DNA of 64,000 bases from Planctomycetia bacterium TMED53 (GTDB taxonomy: Bacteria; Planctomycetota; UBA8108; UBA1146). Numbering within the stretch: the stretch's first letter is position 1; every line of letters begins with the position of its first letter. The translations under genes were made by a program, and so were the position numbers. Positions 35,158 to 43,441 of this stretch are shown one piece after another. The stretch spans positions 67,133 through 131,132 of the forward strand of contig NHDG01000117.1 in assembly GCA_002167285.1 (NCBI GenBank). Reading direction: 5' to 3'. The notes beneath the pieces are model-generated. The model was not told the origin of the DNA, searched no databases, and saw only the letters and a list, made by a program, of their open reading frames with translations.

Positions 35158-36210
35158 ATGATGATGTTCCTTACGATTTTAGGCCTTGTAACTCTTGTTC
35201 CTTTGATTCTTGGTATTCGAAAGTTGGCCGGTGATCGCTGGCAAGTTTTAGCCTCTATTCCATTGCATTCCAATCCTGATGGAACCTGGGAGGCGGGTAA
35301 CTTCACCTGGTATGGATTTATCTCAGCTTCTGCTTACGCACTTTCGGTCAGTGTATTATGGATCTTGCTACTGGCTCTTGAATTTCAGTTTTCGGAAGCA
35401 GTGATATTGATTACGGCAGTGATGGCTGTCGTGATTCCTTCTTCAAGAAAAATTGCACAATGGATTGAGGGAAGAAAAAACACATTCAGTATTGGTGCTG
35501 CTGCCTTTGTCGGAATGATTTTGTGTCCTCTCTTGCTTTTTATTGTGAGTCAATTGGAGCTCTATGGCCGTCCATTGCCGATTCTTGAGGCTACCGCAGC
35601 CTTCACTATCGCTTATTCATTCGGTGAAGGTTTGGGGCGATTGGCGTGTATTTCATTTGGCTGTTGTTACGGTAAGCCAGTTGATGAATTAACAGGTATT
35701 GCTCAACGGATCTTTAGGCCATTTAAAATAACCTATAACTCCATGGAAACCCGGAAGGTTCAATATGATTCCGGGTATTCCCAAAGGCCCCTGGTTGCGA
35801 TTCCTGCAATCACCGCTGTGCTATGTACAGTTACTGGACTGATTTCTACGGCGTTGTTTTTATCAGGAAATTTTGTTTTCGCATTGCTGTTGAGTCTTGG
35901 TGTCACTCAGATCTGGAGATTTGGTTCCGAGTTTTTACGTTCGGACTACCGGGGAGATAACAGCATCAGTGCATATCAGTGGATGGCTTTACTGGGATTG
36001 TTCGGCGCTATCGTGTTTGTTTCGTCAGTCTCAACCACAGGAGTTGTTCCTGATCTTGACAATGCGTTGACGATGGTTTGGCAACCGGGTCCGATTCTCG
36101 TTACACAGGGTTTATGGCTCTTCATATTTTTTTTCATGGGTTGGAGTGATGTGACAAGTTCGACGGTCAGTCTTCATCTTTGCAGAAACAAGGTTGAGGA
36201 AGCTGTATGA
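35158..36210 (+). CDS. Lgt (prolipoprotein diacylglyceryl transferase) family membrane protein, paralogue-like
   Basis: At least 7 TMs. GEGLGRLACISFGCCYGKP (35635-35679) resembles the GRxGCxxxGCCYGxP motif of Lgt-family proteins. Later there is FLRSDYRGDN.ISAYQW. Confidence 0.7.
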   Translation: MMMFLTILGLVTLVPLILGIRKLAGDRWQVLASIPLHSNPDGTWEAGNFTWYGFISASAYALSVSVLWILLLALEFQFSEAVILITAVMAVVIPSSRKIAQWIEGRKNTFSIGAAAFVGMILCPLLLFIVSQLELYGRPLPILEATAAFTIAYSFGEGLGRLACISFGCCYGKPVDELTGIAQRIFRPFKITYNSMETRKVQYDSGYSQRPLVAIPAITAVLCTVTGLISTALFLSGNFVFALLLSLGVTQIWRFGSEFLRSDYRGDNSISAYQWMALLGLFGAIVFVSSVSTTGVVPDLDNALTMVWQPGPILVTQGLWLFIFFFMGWSDVTSSTVSLHLCRNKVEEAV

Positions 36211-37106
36211 ACCCCAAACAAAAAACCGAACCGGTTTCTCAAAGTGATTTGGATCAATGGATTCAATGGGCATTGATTGCTTCAAGGAAAGCAGCGTCCA
36301 TTCAGAGAGATTTCTTTCGCAATCCGATCATTGAGGCGGATTCAAAAGCAGATGGGTCTCCTGTCACTCTTGCGGATACTCAATCAGAAGAGATCATTCG
36401 CGAAGAATTGAGACTTCAGGGTTCCGAGTTTGGCTTATACGGGGAAGAGTATGGTCAGGAGGGGGAACTGGAGGATTGCTGGGTGATCGACCCCATAGAT
36501 GGGACCCGCAATTTTGTGGATGGTCTGCCAGGTTTTGCGATCCTGATCGGATTGAGGATCAGTGGATCACCTCTTTTGGGAGTGGTTCATGCTCCAGCCT
36601 TGGGGGCGATGGCCGGAGATCCTGAACTCATGGGATGGACGTGGATAGGAATCGCTGACAGGGGAGCATGGCGTGGTTACGGAACTCACCCGCAAACAGC
36701 GCAAAAAGACGCCATCAGGGTTCGTGACTGTAAGGCTCTCAGCGATACCTTTCTCTGTCATGGAGGACTCAGGCATATCCACGAATCCGGGAAGTGGGAT
36801 TCATGGAGCAAGCTCACATCTTCTGTTCGAAGAACTCGGGGATTTGGTGATTGGTGGGGGCACTGTCTTGTCGCAGAGGGTGCAGCCGATGCCATGTACG
36901 ACCCCAGAGTCGAGCTTCATGACACGGTGGCGGTGGAGGCACTGGTTCGGGGTGCCGGCGGAGTTCTGCTTGCTCGCGAGAAAGTGACTCGCAACTACAT
37001 CGGTCCCACTGTGTCAGGGAGTTATGAGATCGCTGAGTCTATCGGTAGATGCATGGAGGAGACCGGTATGGTCCCCGCCTCGAATGCTGAATGGAACAGA
37101 GACTGA
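36207..37106 (+). CDS. Inositol monophosphatase family protein, HisN-like histidinol-phosphatase
   Basis: WVIDPIDGTRNFV, RTRGFGDWWGHCLVAEGAADAMYDP closely resembles the HisN motif RTRGFGDFW..LVAEGA.D. ATGA overlap with the upstream gene. Confidence 0.8.
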   Translation: MNPKQKTEPVSQSDLDQWIQWALIASRKAASIQRDFFRNPIIEADSKADGSPVTLADTQSEEIIREELRLQGSEFGLYGEEYGQEGELEDCWVIDPIDGTRNFVDGLPGFAILIGLRISGSPLLGVVHAPALGAMAGDPELMGWTWIGIADRGAWRGYGTHPQTAQKDAIRVRDCKALSDTFLCHGGLRHIHESGKWDSWSKLTSSVRRTRGFGDWWGHCLVAEGAADAMYDPRVELHDTVAVEALVRGAGGVLLAREKVTRNYIGPTVSGSYEIAESIGRCMEETGMVPASNAEWNRD

Positions 37107-37116
37107 AGAGCACTCA

Positions 37117-37353
37117 CTAGGCGGAGCAGTCGTCGCCAATCGCCTCGACGGGGCATTCTTCCTTCGCTTGTTCGCAGAGTTCTTCCTCTTCCGGGGAAGT
37201 AGGCTGCTTAAACACGAAAGAGTAGCCTTCGTCTTCGTTGGCCTTGAAGTTGTCAGGAGCGGTAGTTCTGCAGAGATCGCAGTCGATGCATTCGTCATCG
37301 ACGTACCACTTGCCTGCGATATTACTTTCGACCTTGTTTGCGGGATCTGCCAT
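37117..37353 (-). CDS. Small 4Fe-4S ferredoxin (78 aa)
   Basis: MADPANKV...DECIDCDLCRTTAP...EECPVEAI. ATG 37353 is preceded by AGGAGG. Confidence 0.8.
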   Translation of the reverse strand: MADPANKVESNIAGKWYVDDECIDCDLCRTTAPDNFKANEDEGYSFVFKQPTSPEEEELCEQAKEECPVEAIGDDCSA

Positions 37354-37642
37354 CTGCGGCCTCCTGCTGATTCTTCTCTGTTCAGTTTGTTGGTGTCGGC
37401 ATTCCCCCTGGAATTTGCCGCTGGGAAAGGTCTCAGGCGGGGAAATGACTCCGCGAGACCTGACAATATAGAGAATAGGATCCTGAACTGATCGTGGCAA
37501 GTGAACTGTAGCCCCGCTTTGCTGGCAGGTGGTCGATTTTGCCCTTATGTTGAGTATTCACGTGATAGTAGCGATTTTGTGTAATTCGTCAAAACAGGGA
37601 GGTTTTTCCTGCCTGCGGCAACGAGTATCTACGGAGGAGACC

Positions 37643-38473
37643 ATGAAAGTAGTCATCGCCCACAGTCCTGACTCTGACGATGCCTTCATGCATTTCGCCA
37701 TTGGCGAAGGCAAAATTGATACGGGTATTTACGAGTTCGATCACATGATGGCCGACATCGAGACCCTGAATCAGCACGCTGTCGAGGGGCGACACGAAGT
37801 GACCGCCATCTCGATCCATGCCTACGCCCATCTCTCCGACCGCTATGCCCTGTTGAACCACGGTGCCAGCATGGGTGAAAACTACGGTCCGGTGATGATT
37901 TCCCGTGAGCCCAAAACCCGTGAAGATCTTGCCGGGGTTCCCATTGCGGTTCCCGGAGACTGGACCAGTGCCACCCTCGCGACCAAGCTCTGGTATCCGG
38001 AGGCGAAAACCGTCTCCGTTGATTTTGACCAGATCATGGAACGGGTCGGCTCCGGAGAATTCGAGGCCGGGGTGATTATTCACGAAGGTCAGGTCACCTA
38101 TCAGGATCAGGGTTATTACCCTGTGGTCGACCTCGGGAAATGGTGGGCTGAAACTCAGGATGGTTTGCCGCTGCCTCTGGGCGGAAATGCAATCCGCAGA
38201 GATCTGGGGGAAGAGCACATTCACGAGATTTCGAGGATTTTGCGTGAGAGCATCGCTTACGCCCTCGATCACCGCGAAGAGGCCCTTTTGTATGCTGAAC
38301 AGTACAACCGGGGTCTGACCCGTGAGCTGACCGACAAATTTGTGGGTATGTACGTCAATCAGCGAACTCTCGACTATGGCGATGATGGGCGCGAGGCCGT
38401 ACGTCGTTTCCTTGATTTGGGAGAAAAAGCGGGAGCTTTTCCGCAGGTCGCTGATCCGGAGTTTATTCGCTGA
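37643..38473 (+). CDS. MqnA/MqnD/SBP-family protein (periplasmic-binding-protein-like fold, menaquinone-futalosine related family)
   Basis: MKVVIAHSPDSDDAFMHFAI...EGRHEVTAISIHAY. GGAGGAG lies upstream of ATG 37643. Confidence 0.65.
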   Translation: MKVVIAHSPDSDDAFMHFAIGEGKIDTGIYEFDHMMADIETLNQHAVEGRHEVTAISIHAYAHLSDRYALLNHGASMGENYGPVMISREPKTREDLAGVPIAVPGDWTSATLATKLWYPEAKTVSVDFDQIMERVGSGEFEAGVIIHEGQVTYQDQGYYPVVDLGKWWAETQDGLPLPLGGNAIRRDLGEEHIHEISRILRESIAYALDHREEALLYAEQYNRGLTRELTDKFVGMYVNQRTLDYGDDGREAVRRFLDLGEKAGAFPQVADPEFIR

Positions 38474-38538
38474 ACTGATTGAGGAAGCCATCCATGGTAA
38501 AACAGGGTCTGACCTGTGTATGGAGGGCTAGAATCGAC

Positions 38539-39873
38539 ATGGTGGATCAACAACCCCAAAGCTCTTCATCGATTTGGTATGGTTGGGCCCGAACCAGTCG
38601 GGCCAACTCCCAGCTCGTCAACTGCGACGATGTGAACTCTGCCAAAGCCGGAATTCAAGATTCAGCATATTGGTTGCCGAGGGGGGCAGGTTGCAGTTAT
38701 GGCGATGCTGCCCTGAGTGATGGTGGTCGTCTTCTTCGGCCACAATTTCCTTCTGAGATTGTTGCTTCTTCGAATCCAAACTCGGTACGGGTACCCGCTT
38801 CGATGCCATTGGGAGAATTGTTGGCCCGGTTGTCGTTGGAGGAGTTAACCCTACCGGTCGTCCCTGGTGTTTTGGCAGCGACGGTGGGTGGGATGGTTGC
38901 GGCAGATGTCCATGGAAAAAATCACCAGCGATCTGGAAGCTTTGGTAATTGGGTAGAGGCGATTAAATTGATGCCGCCTGACGGGGAATACCGCTGGTGT
39001 ACAAGGGAGAGTGATCGCGAACTCTTTGAAGGAACCATCGGCGGGATGGGACTGACCGGAATCATCCTCGAAATTGATCTCCGTGTCGTCAGGCGTAGTG
39101 ATTCGTTGGCACAGGTTCATGTAGAGGCGACAGATTCGATTGCACAGACTTTAGATCGTTTGGAAAAGTCATCTCGCACTGCCGATCATTCATCCGCATG
39201 GTTAGATCTCGCCCTCAATAGCCCAAGTCTTGGTAGAGGAGTGGTGATCGGCGGCTTTCTCCAATCGGTTGAGAAGGAGACAGTCAGCCAGCTGTGGGAG
39301 CCGAGGTCAGGGCCTGTGTTTCCGCCAATGCCGGTGCCCGGTGAGTCGATGATTCGATTGCATAATAGTTTTTATCACGGCTTTGCACGTCTGCTCCCAG
39401 TTGTTCGACGATGGCCACTTGAGAAGTTGTTGTTTCCGTTGGAAGCCTGGAGGGACTGGAGAAATGTTTACGGGAAATCGGGTTTCTATCAACACCAGTG
39501 CTTGATTCCAGAATCGGTAAGAGTGGCAGGTCTCGAATCGATCTTGAAGATGATCAAGGAATGCCAGATTTCTCCGACGCTGGCGGTATTGAAAATGATG
39601 GGTGAAGGCAATGGCGGTTTGTCTTTCCCTGCCCCAGGAGTCACCCTGTCGCTGGATTTCAGGAATCAAGCGGGGGTTCTCCAACTGTTAAACAATTTGA
39701 ACGCTCTGGTCGCCGAGTTCGGAGGTAGAGTTTATCTCGCCAAGGATTCAACTTTGACCGCGGGATTGTTTCAAAAGATGTATCCTCAGTTGGATCAATT
39801 TTTGGAGTTGCGTCGTCGCATCGATCCAGGCGGGCGAATCAGGTCTGATCTATCAAGCAGGCTGGGAATGTGA
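38539..39873 (+). CDS. FAD-binding (PCMH-type) oxidoreductase, DprE1-like
   Basis: GWARTSRANSQLV...LPRGAGCSYGDAAL, HGKNHQRSGSFG, GGMGLTGIILE, and a C-terminal ALO-like region. The start is uncertain (38479 or 38539). Confidence 0.75.
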   Translation: MVDQQPQSSSSIWYGWARTSRANSQLVNCDDVNSAKAGIQDSAYWLPRGAGCSYGDAALSDGGRLLRPQFPSEIVASSNPNSVRVPASMPLGELLARLSLEELTLPVVPGVLAATVGGMVAADVHGKNHQRSGSFGNWVEAIKLMPPDGEYRWCTRESDRELFEGTIGGMGLTGIILEIDLRVVRRSDSLAQVHVEATDSIAQTLDRLEKSSRTADHSSAWLDLALNSPSLGRGVVIGGFLQSVEKETVSQLWEPRSGPVFPPMPVPGESMIRLHNSFYHGFARLLPVVRRWPLEKLLFPLEAWRDWRNVYGKSGFYQHQCLIPESVRVAGLESILKMIKECQISPTLAVLKMMGEGNGGLSFPAPGVTLSLDFRNQAGVLQLLNNLNALVAEFGGRVYLAKDSTLTAGLFQKMYPQLDQFLELRRRIDPGGRIRSDLSSRLGM

Positions 39874-41718
39874 ATCGATCGCTCCTTGTTGTGATTCAAC
39901 GTAAATCGGCAAGGTGATGGTAAAGGTGGTTCCTTGGCCGTCACGACTCTTTACCTCCACATTGCCGTCATGTTTCAGGCAAACATTTTTGACGATGGCA
40001 AGGCCAAGGCCCGTTCCTCCGATCTCCCGTGAACGTGCCTTGTCTACTCTGAAGAACCGTTCAAAGATTCGATCGAGGAGTTCTTCCGGAATACCGATCC
40101 CGTTGTCGCGAATCTCGATGATGGCCAATTCGTTTTCACTACACAGTGTTGTTTGAATAGTGCCTTCAGCTGGAGTGTACTTGAGACCATTGTCGATCAG
40201 GTTGCCGATAGCCTGGCGCAGATCTTCTTCATTTCCGAATACAAAAATAGGTTCCTTGGGTGCTTCGAATTTAAGCGCGGCTTGATTTTCCGGAGAGGTC
40301 ACCTTTGACAATGAGCTGATGCGCTCATTTATCAGCGAGCCCAGATCAATTTTTACACGGGGTGTCTTTTTCTTCTCATCGAGGCTGGCCAGAGCCAGCA
40401 AATCTGACACGAGGTTCGATAGTCTGTGAGACTGATCCGTAATCTTGGCGGTGAACTTGTGTCGAATCTCTGGATCTATATCTGGATCATCCAACAAGGT
40501 CTCTGCGATTCCGCGGATTGCGGTGATGGGTGTTTTTAACTCATGGGATACGTTTGCAACAAAGTCTCTGCGCATATTTTCGAGTTGGCGGGTCTGAGAT
40601 AAATCATGAAGCACGATCAGGGCGCCAGAGACGTCTTGTCCGTAATCGACTAGCGGACTGGTGTAGGCCTTTAGGAAGATCTCGTTTGGCCCGGTCTCGA
40701 GATCAAGTTCAGCCTCCAGCGGTCTTTGAATGCGAAGGGTGTTGAGAAGCAACTCAGTAATTTCGGTATTATTAACGACGTCAGAGATGTATTGCCCCTT
40801 TGCCTCCCTGATTTCAAGCTTGAGAATCCTGCTCATCACTGAGTTGATGAGCACAATTTTCCCTAAATCATCGATGGCGATGAGACCATCCCGCATCCCT
40901 CCCAAGATGACTCGCATTCGATTGTGCTCGAGGTGGATCTCTGAGACTTGTTCCTGAATCTCATCTGCGAGCTTGTTGAGAGCTTCTCCGAGAAGATCAC
41001 TCTCGACATCCAATCCATTGGGAGCGCGAGCAGAAAAATCACCTTCAGAGTAGGCGACAGCAACTTTGGTAAGAATTTTAAACTGCCTGTTGATCCTTCT
41101 GTAAAGGAGGTGACCCATCACCATTGCCAGCAACGCAGCGATTAACCCCAGCAATAAGACGCTCTCGAAGATAGAGTCAATTTGAGAGATGACCAAACTG
41201 GGGTCTTGTGCAATTCTGAGAAGGTAATTTTTATCATTACCCGCTGAATAGAAGCGCATGATCACTGAAGGAAATTGGTCTCGAGCAGAGCCCAGATTGA
41301 AATTTGCGAGAGCAAATGATCGATCAGATTTAAAAAACTCTGAGAGCTCGGGGTAGAGGGTTTTTGGATTAGTGCTCGTTGAAGGTTTGCTGTTATCTCT
41401 CGATATAAATTCGGTTCCTTCCGAATTCAGCAAATCGATTCGCAGCTGAGGTTTTCGATTATTTTCGATTGTTGCAATGATCGATTTTTCATCGAGCCAG
41501 CTCCATGAGCTTGAGAAGGCTTGCGCTTGCTCAGTCATTCGCTGTTCAAAATTATAAAAAGTATCTTTAGTGAACCTCTCACAGAGAAGGTAACCAAAGA
41601 ACCAGCCTCCAAAGGCAATCAGCACTCCGTAAACAGAGTATACTTGCCAGAAAAAACGGGGCGTTGCGGCATTGGGATCAGTATTTGAAGCGGTATCCGA
41701 CTCCACGCACGGTTTCAA
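39853..41718 (-). CDS. Sensor histidine kinase (2 TM, periplasmic domain, HAMP, PAS, HisKA, HATPase), PhoR-like
   Basis: H-box SHELKTPITAIRG, N-box NLIDNGLKYTP, DNGIGIP, GGTGLGLAIV. TTG/GTG start overlapping the regulator gene. Confidence 0.9.
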   Translation of the reverse strand: MKPCVESDTASNTDPNAATPRFFWQVYSVYGVLIAFGGWFFGYLLCERFTKDTFYNFEQRMTEQAQAFSSSWSWLDEKSIIATIENNRKPQLRIDLLNSEGTEFISRDNSKPSTSTNPKTLYPELSEFFKSDRSFALANFNLGSARDQFPSVIMRFYSAGNDKNYLLRIAQDPSLVISQIDSIFESVLLLGLIAALLAMVMGHLLYRRINRQFKILTKVAVAYSEGDFSARAPNGLDVESDLLGEALNKLADEIQEQVSEIHLEHNRMRVILGGMRDGLIAIDDLGKIVLINSVMSRILKLEIREAKGQYISDVVNNTEITELLLNTLRIQRPLEAELDLETGPNEIFLKAYTSPLVDYGQDVSGALIVLHDLSQTRQLENMRRDFVANVSHELKTPITAIRGIAETLLDDPDIDPEIRHKFTAKITDQSHRLSNLVSDLLALASLDEKKKTPRVKIDLGSLINERISSLSKVTSPENQAALKFEAPKEPIFVFGNEEDLRQAIGNLIDNGLKYTPAEGTIQTTLCSENELAIIEIRDNGIGIPEELLDRIFERFFRVDKARSREIGGTGLGLAIVKNVCLKHDGNVEVKSRDGQGTTFTITLPIYVESQQGAIDSHSQPA

Positions 41719-42373
41719 TCAGGTTGCGATGGGTTTCACCCAACTTCTTACGAATAGATCGAATGTGTACATCCACATTCCTGTCAATCACTACCGTATC
41801 GGATCCTACCACCTTGGAAAGCAGTTGTTCGCGACTGAATACCCTTCCTGGATGGGATGCTAGAAAGTGGAGCATTCGAAACTCTGTTGCTGTCATAGGG
41901 ATAGATTCCCCATCGATAGAAAGATCGTGACGGATATTGTCGAGAACGAAGCCATCCACCGAAATCCTATCCTTGCTTTCGACCGTCTCCTTGAGGGGGG
42001 CTCTGCGCAAAACTGCTTTAACCCTTGCCACTAATTCTTTCGGGCTGAAAGGCTTACTGACGTAATCATCTGCTCCAACACCGAGGCCGAGAACGACATC
42101 GCTCTCTTCAGTTTTTGCAGTGATCATGATGACTGGGATGTCCCGGGTGACGGGGTCTTCCTTAACCTTTTTACAAATTTCGAGGCCGTCGATTCCTGGT
42201 AGCATCAAATCAAGTAGGACTAAATGGGGGTGATCTTCTCGAATCGCCTCAAGGCCCCTCTCCCCGTCTCGATAACCTCTGACGTTGTAGCCCTCGCGGG
42301 AAAGGTTGTATTCGATGACGTCTAAAATATCGGCTTCATCTTCAACGATGATGATATTTGCCTTTTTGCTCAA
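41678..42373 (-). CDS. OmpR/PhoB-family response regulator
   Basis: IIIVEDE, LVLLDLMLPGIDG, TRDIPVIMITA, KPFSPKELVARVKAVLRR, wHTH TVRGVGYRF. Confidence 0.95.
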   Translation of the reverse strand: MSKKANIIIVEDEADILDVIEYNLSREGYNVRGYRDGERGLEAIREDHPHLVLLDLMLPGIDGLEICKKVKEDPVTRDIPVIMITAKTEESDVVLGLGVGADDYVSKPFSPKELVARVKAVLRRAPLKETVESKDRISVDGFVLDNIRHDLSIDGESIPMTATEFRMLHFLASHPGRVFSREQLLSKVVGSDTVVIDRNVDVHIRSIRKKLGETHRNLIETVRGVGYRFKY

Positions 42374-42420
42374 TCTGGGAGCTCTCTTTCGCAGTTCTAA
42401 AGCACGCTTGAGTTGGCAGA

Positions 42421-43302
42421 CTAAAACCTGAAAGTCACGCCCAACTCAATATTATGAATTTCAAAATCAAGATCCAAGAGTTCCCCGCCCGCGCGGCGAT
42501 CGAACTCAAGGTTTTTTCGGGACAGCGTTAAGTGGGAAGTCCAATCGGTTGAAGGGCTCCACTCGAAAGCTGCTCCGATATCCCTATATACTGGGGTTTG
42601 CGACCCGGTAATTGAAACCAATGATTTTGTAAAGAATAGCTGAAGATTCCATGTTTTCTTCATGCGCCAGTCCAGAAGCACGCCGGTGAATGGAATGTGA
42701 TCCAAGTCTTCCAGCTTTAACACCGACAGGGGGTTGTCCGTTGACTGTGCGGAGAACTCATAATCGACAAAATCGAGCCCAGCCAACCAATGAATCTTCG
42801 GTGAGCGCAGTTCCGATAATAACTCAAGGGGTAGGTCCTGCATGATCCTCGTTGAAGTGAAGCTGTTATCAAAACGATAGTCACCGGCTGGAAAGCTCAA
42901 ACTTCCGGCGGTCGCTTCGAAGGGCGCTACCGATCGTGAATGACTATGAATTTGATTCAGTGACCACTTCATAGGGCCTTGCCTCAAAGTGATTCCTGGC
43001 CGGTAGTTGAAGTCTGCCTGGTCGAGCTGCACTTCATCGAAGTTGACCAGGGATACACTGCCATTGGAGGTTTTTAACCCTCCGGAAACGGAGACCCGAT
43101 GGATGGAGTGGCTGCTCTCAAATGACAATTGACTGACTTGACGTTGGGTCATAGTGCAGCCTGAAGTGAACAGCAGAAGAAGCGTTCCCAGTGTCCAGAA
43201 TTGAAATGAGAGCTTAGAGCTGAACTCAAGAATGGGTCCAGAAAAGGGCCCAGTAGTTGGAGCTCTCAATGAACTTCTGATAGGGGACCTTGGAAACTTC
43301 AT
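42421..43302 (-). CDS. Hypothetical outer-membrane beta-barrel-like lipoprotein
   Basis: Signal with lipobox FTSGC. Alternating beta-strand pattern. C-terminal ...ELGVTFRF ends in an aromatic residue, typical of OMPs. Confidence 0.5.
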   Translation of the reverse strand: MKFPRSPIRSSLRAPTTGPFSGPILEFSSKLSFQFWTLGTLLLLFTSGCTMTQRQVSQLSFESSHSIHRVSVSGGLKTSNGSVSLVNFDEVQLDQADFNYRPGITLRQGPMKWSLNQIHSHSRSVAPFEATAGSLSFPAGDYRFDNSFTSTRIMQDLPLELLSELRSPKIHWLAGLDFVDYEFSAQSTDNPLSVLKLEDLDHIPFTGVLLDWRMKKTWNLQLFFTKSLVSITGSQTPVYRDIGAAFEWSPSTDWTSHLTLSRKNLEFDRRAGGELLDLDFEIHNIELGVTFRF

Positions 43303-43441
43303 GAAACACCTCGTTTTCAGGATTATTGGTCCGATCTGGCTTGAAGCAAGGGTGGAGAGGGATCCTGGAACTGGTTCGAAGCTGTTTCCGTGGCTAAGAT
43401 GTGATTTTGGGCCTTATTCCTCGATCTGAGAGTGGAGCCAA

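Noticed and set aside
37589-38491. 300-aa minus-strand ORF opposite the MqnA/MqnD-family gene
   Set aside because: The plus-strand product has a recognisable family signature and a strong GGAGGAG Shine-Dalgarno at 37643. The antisense product has none.
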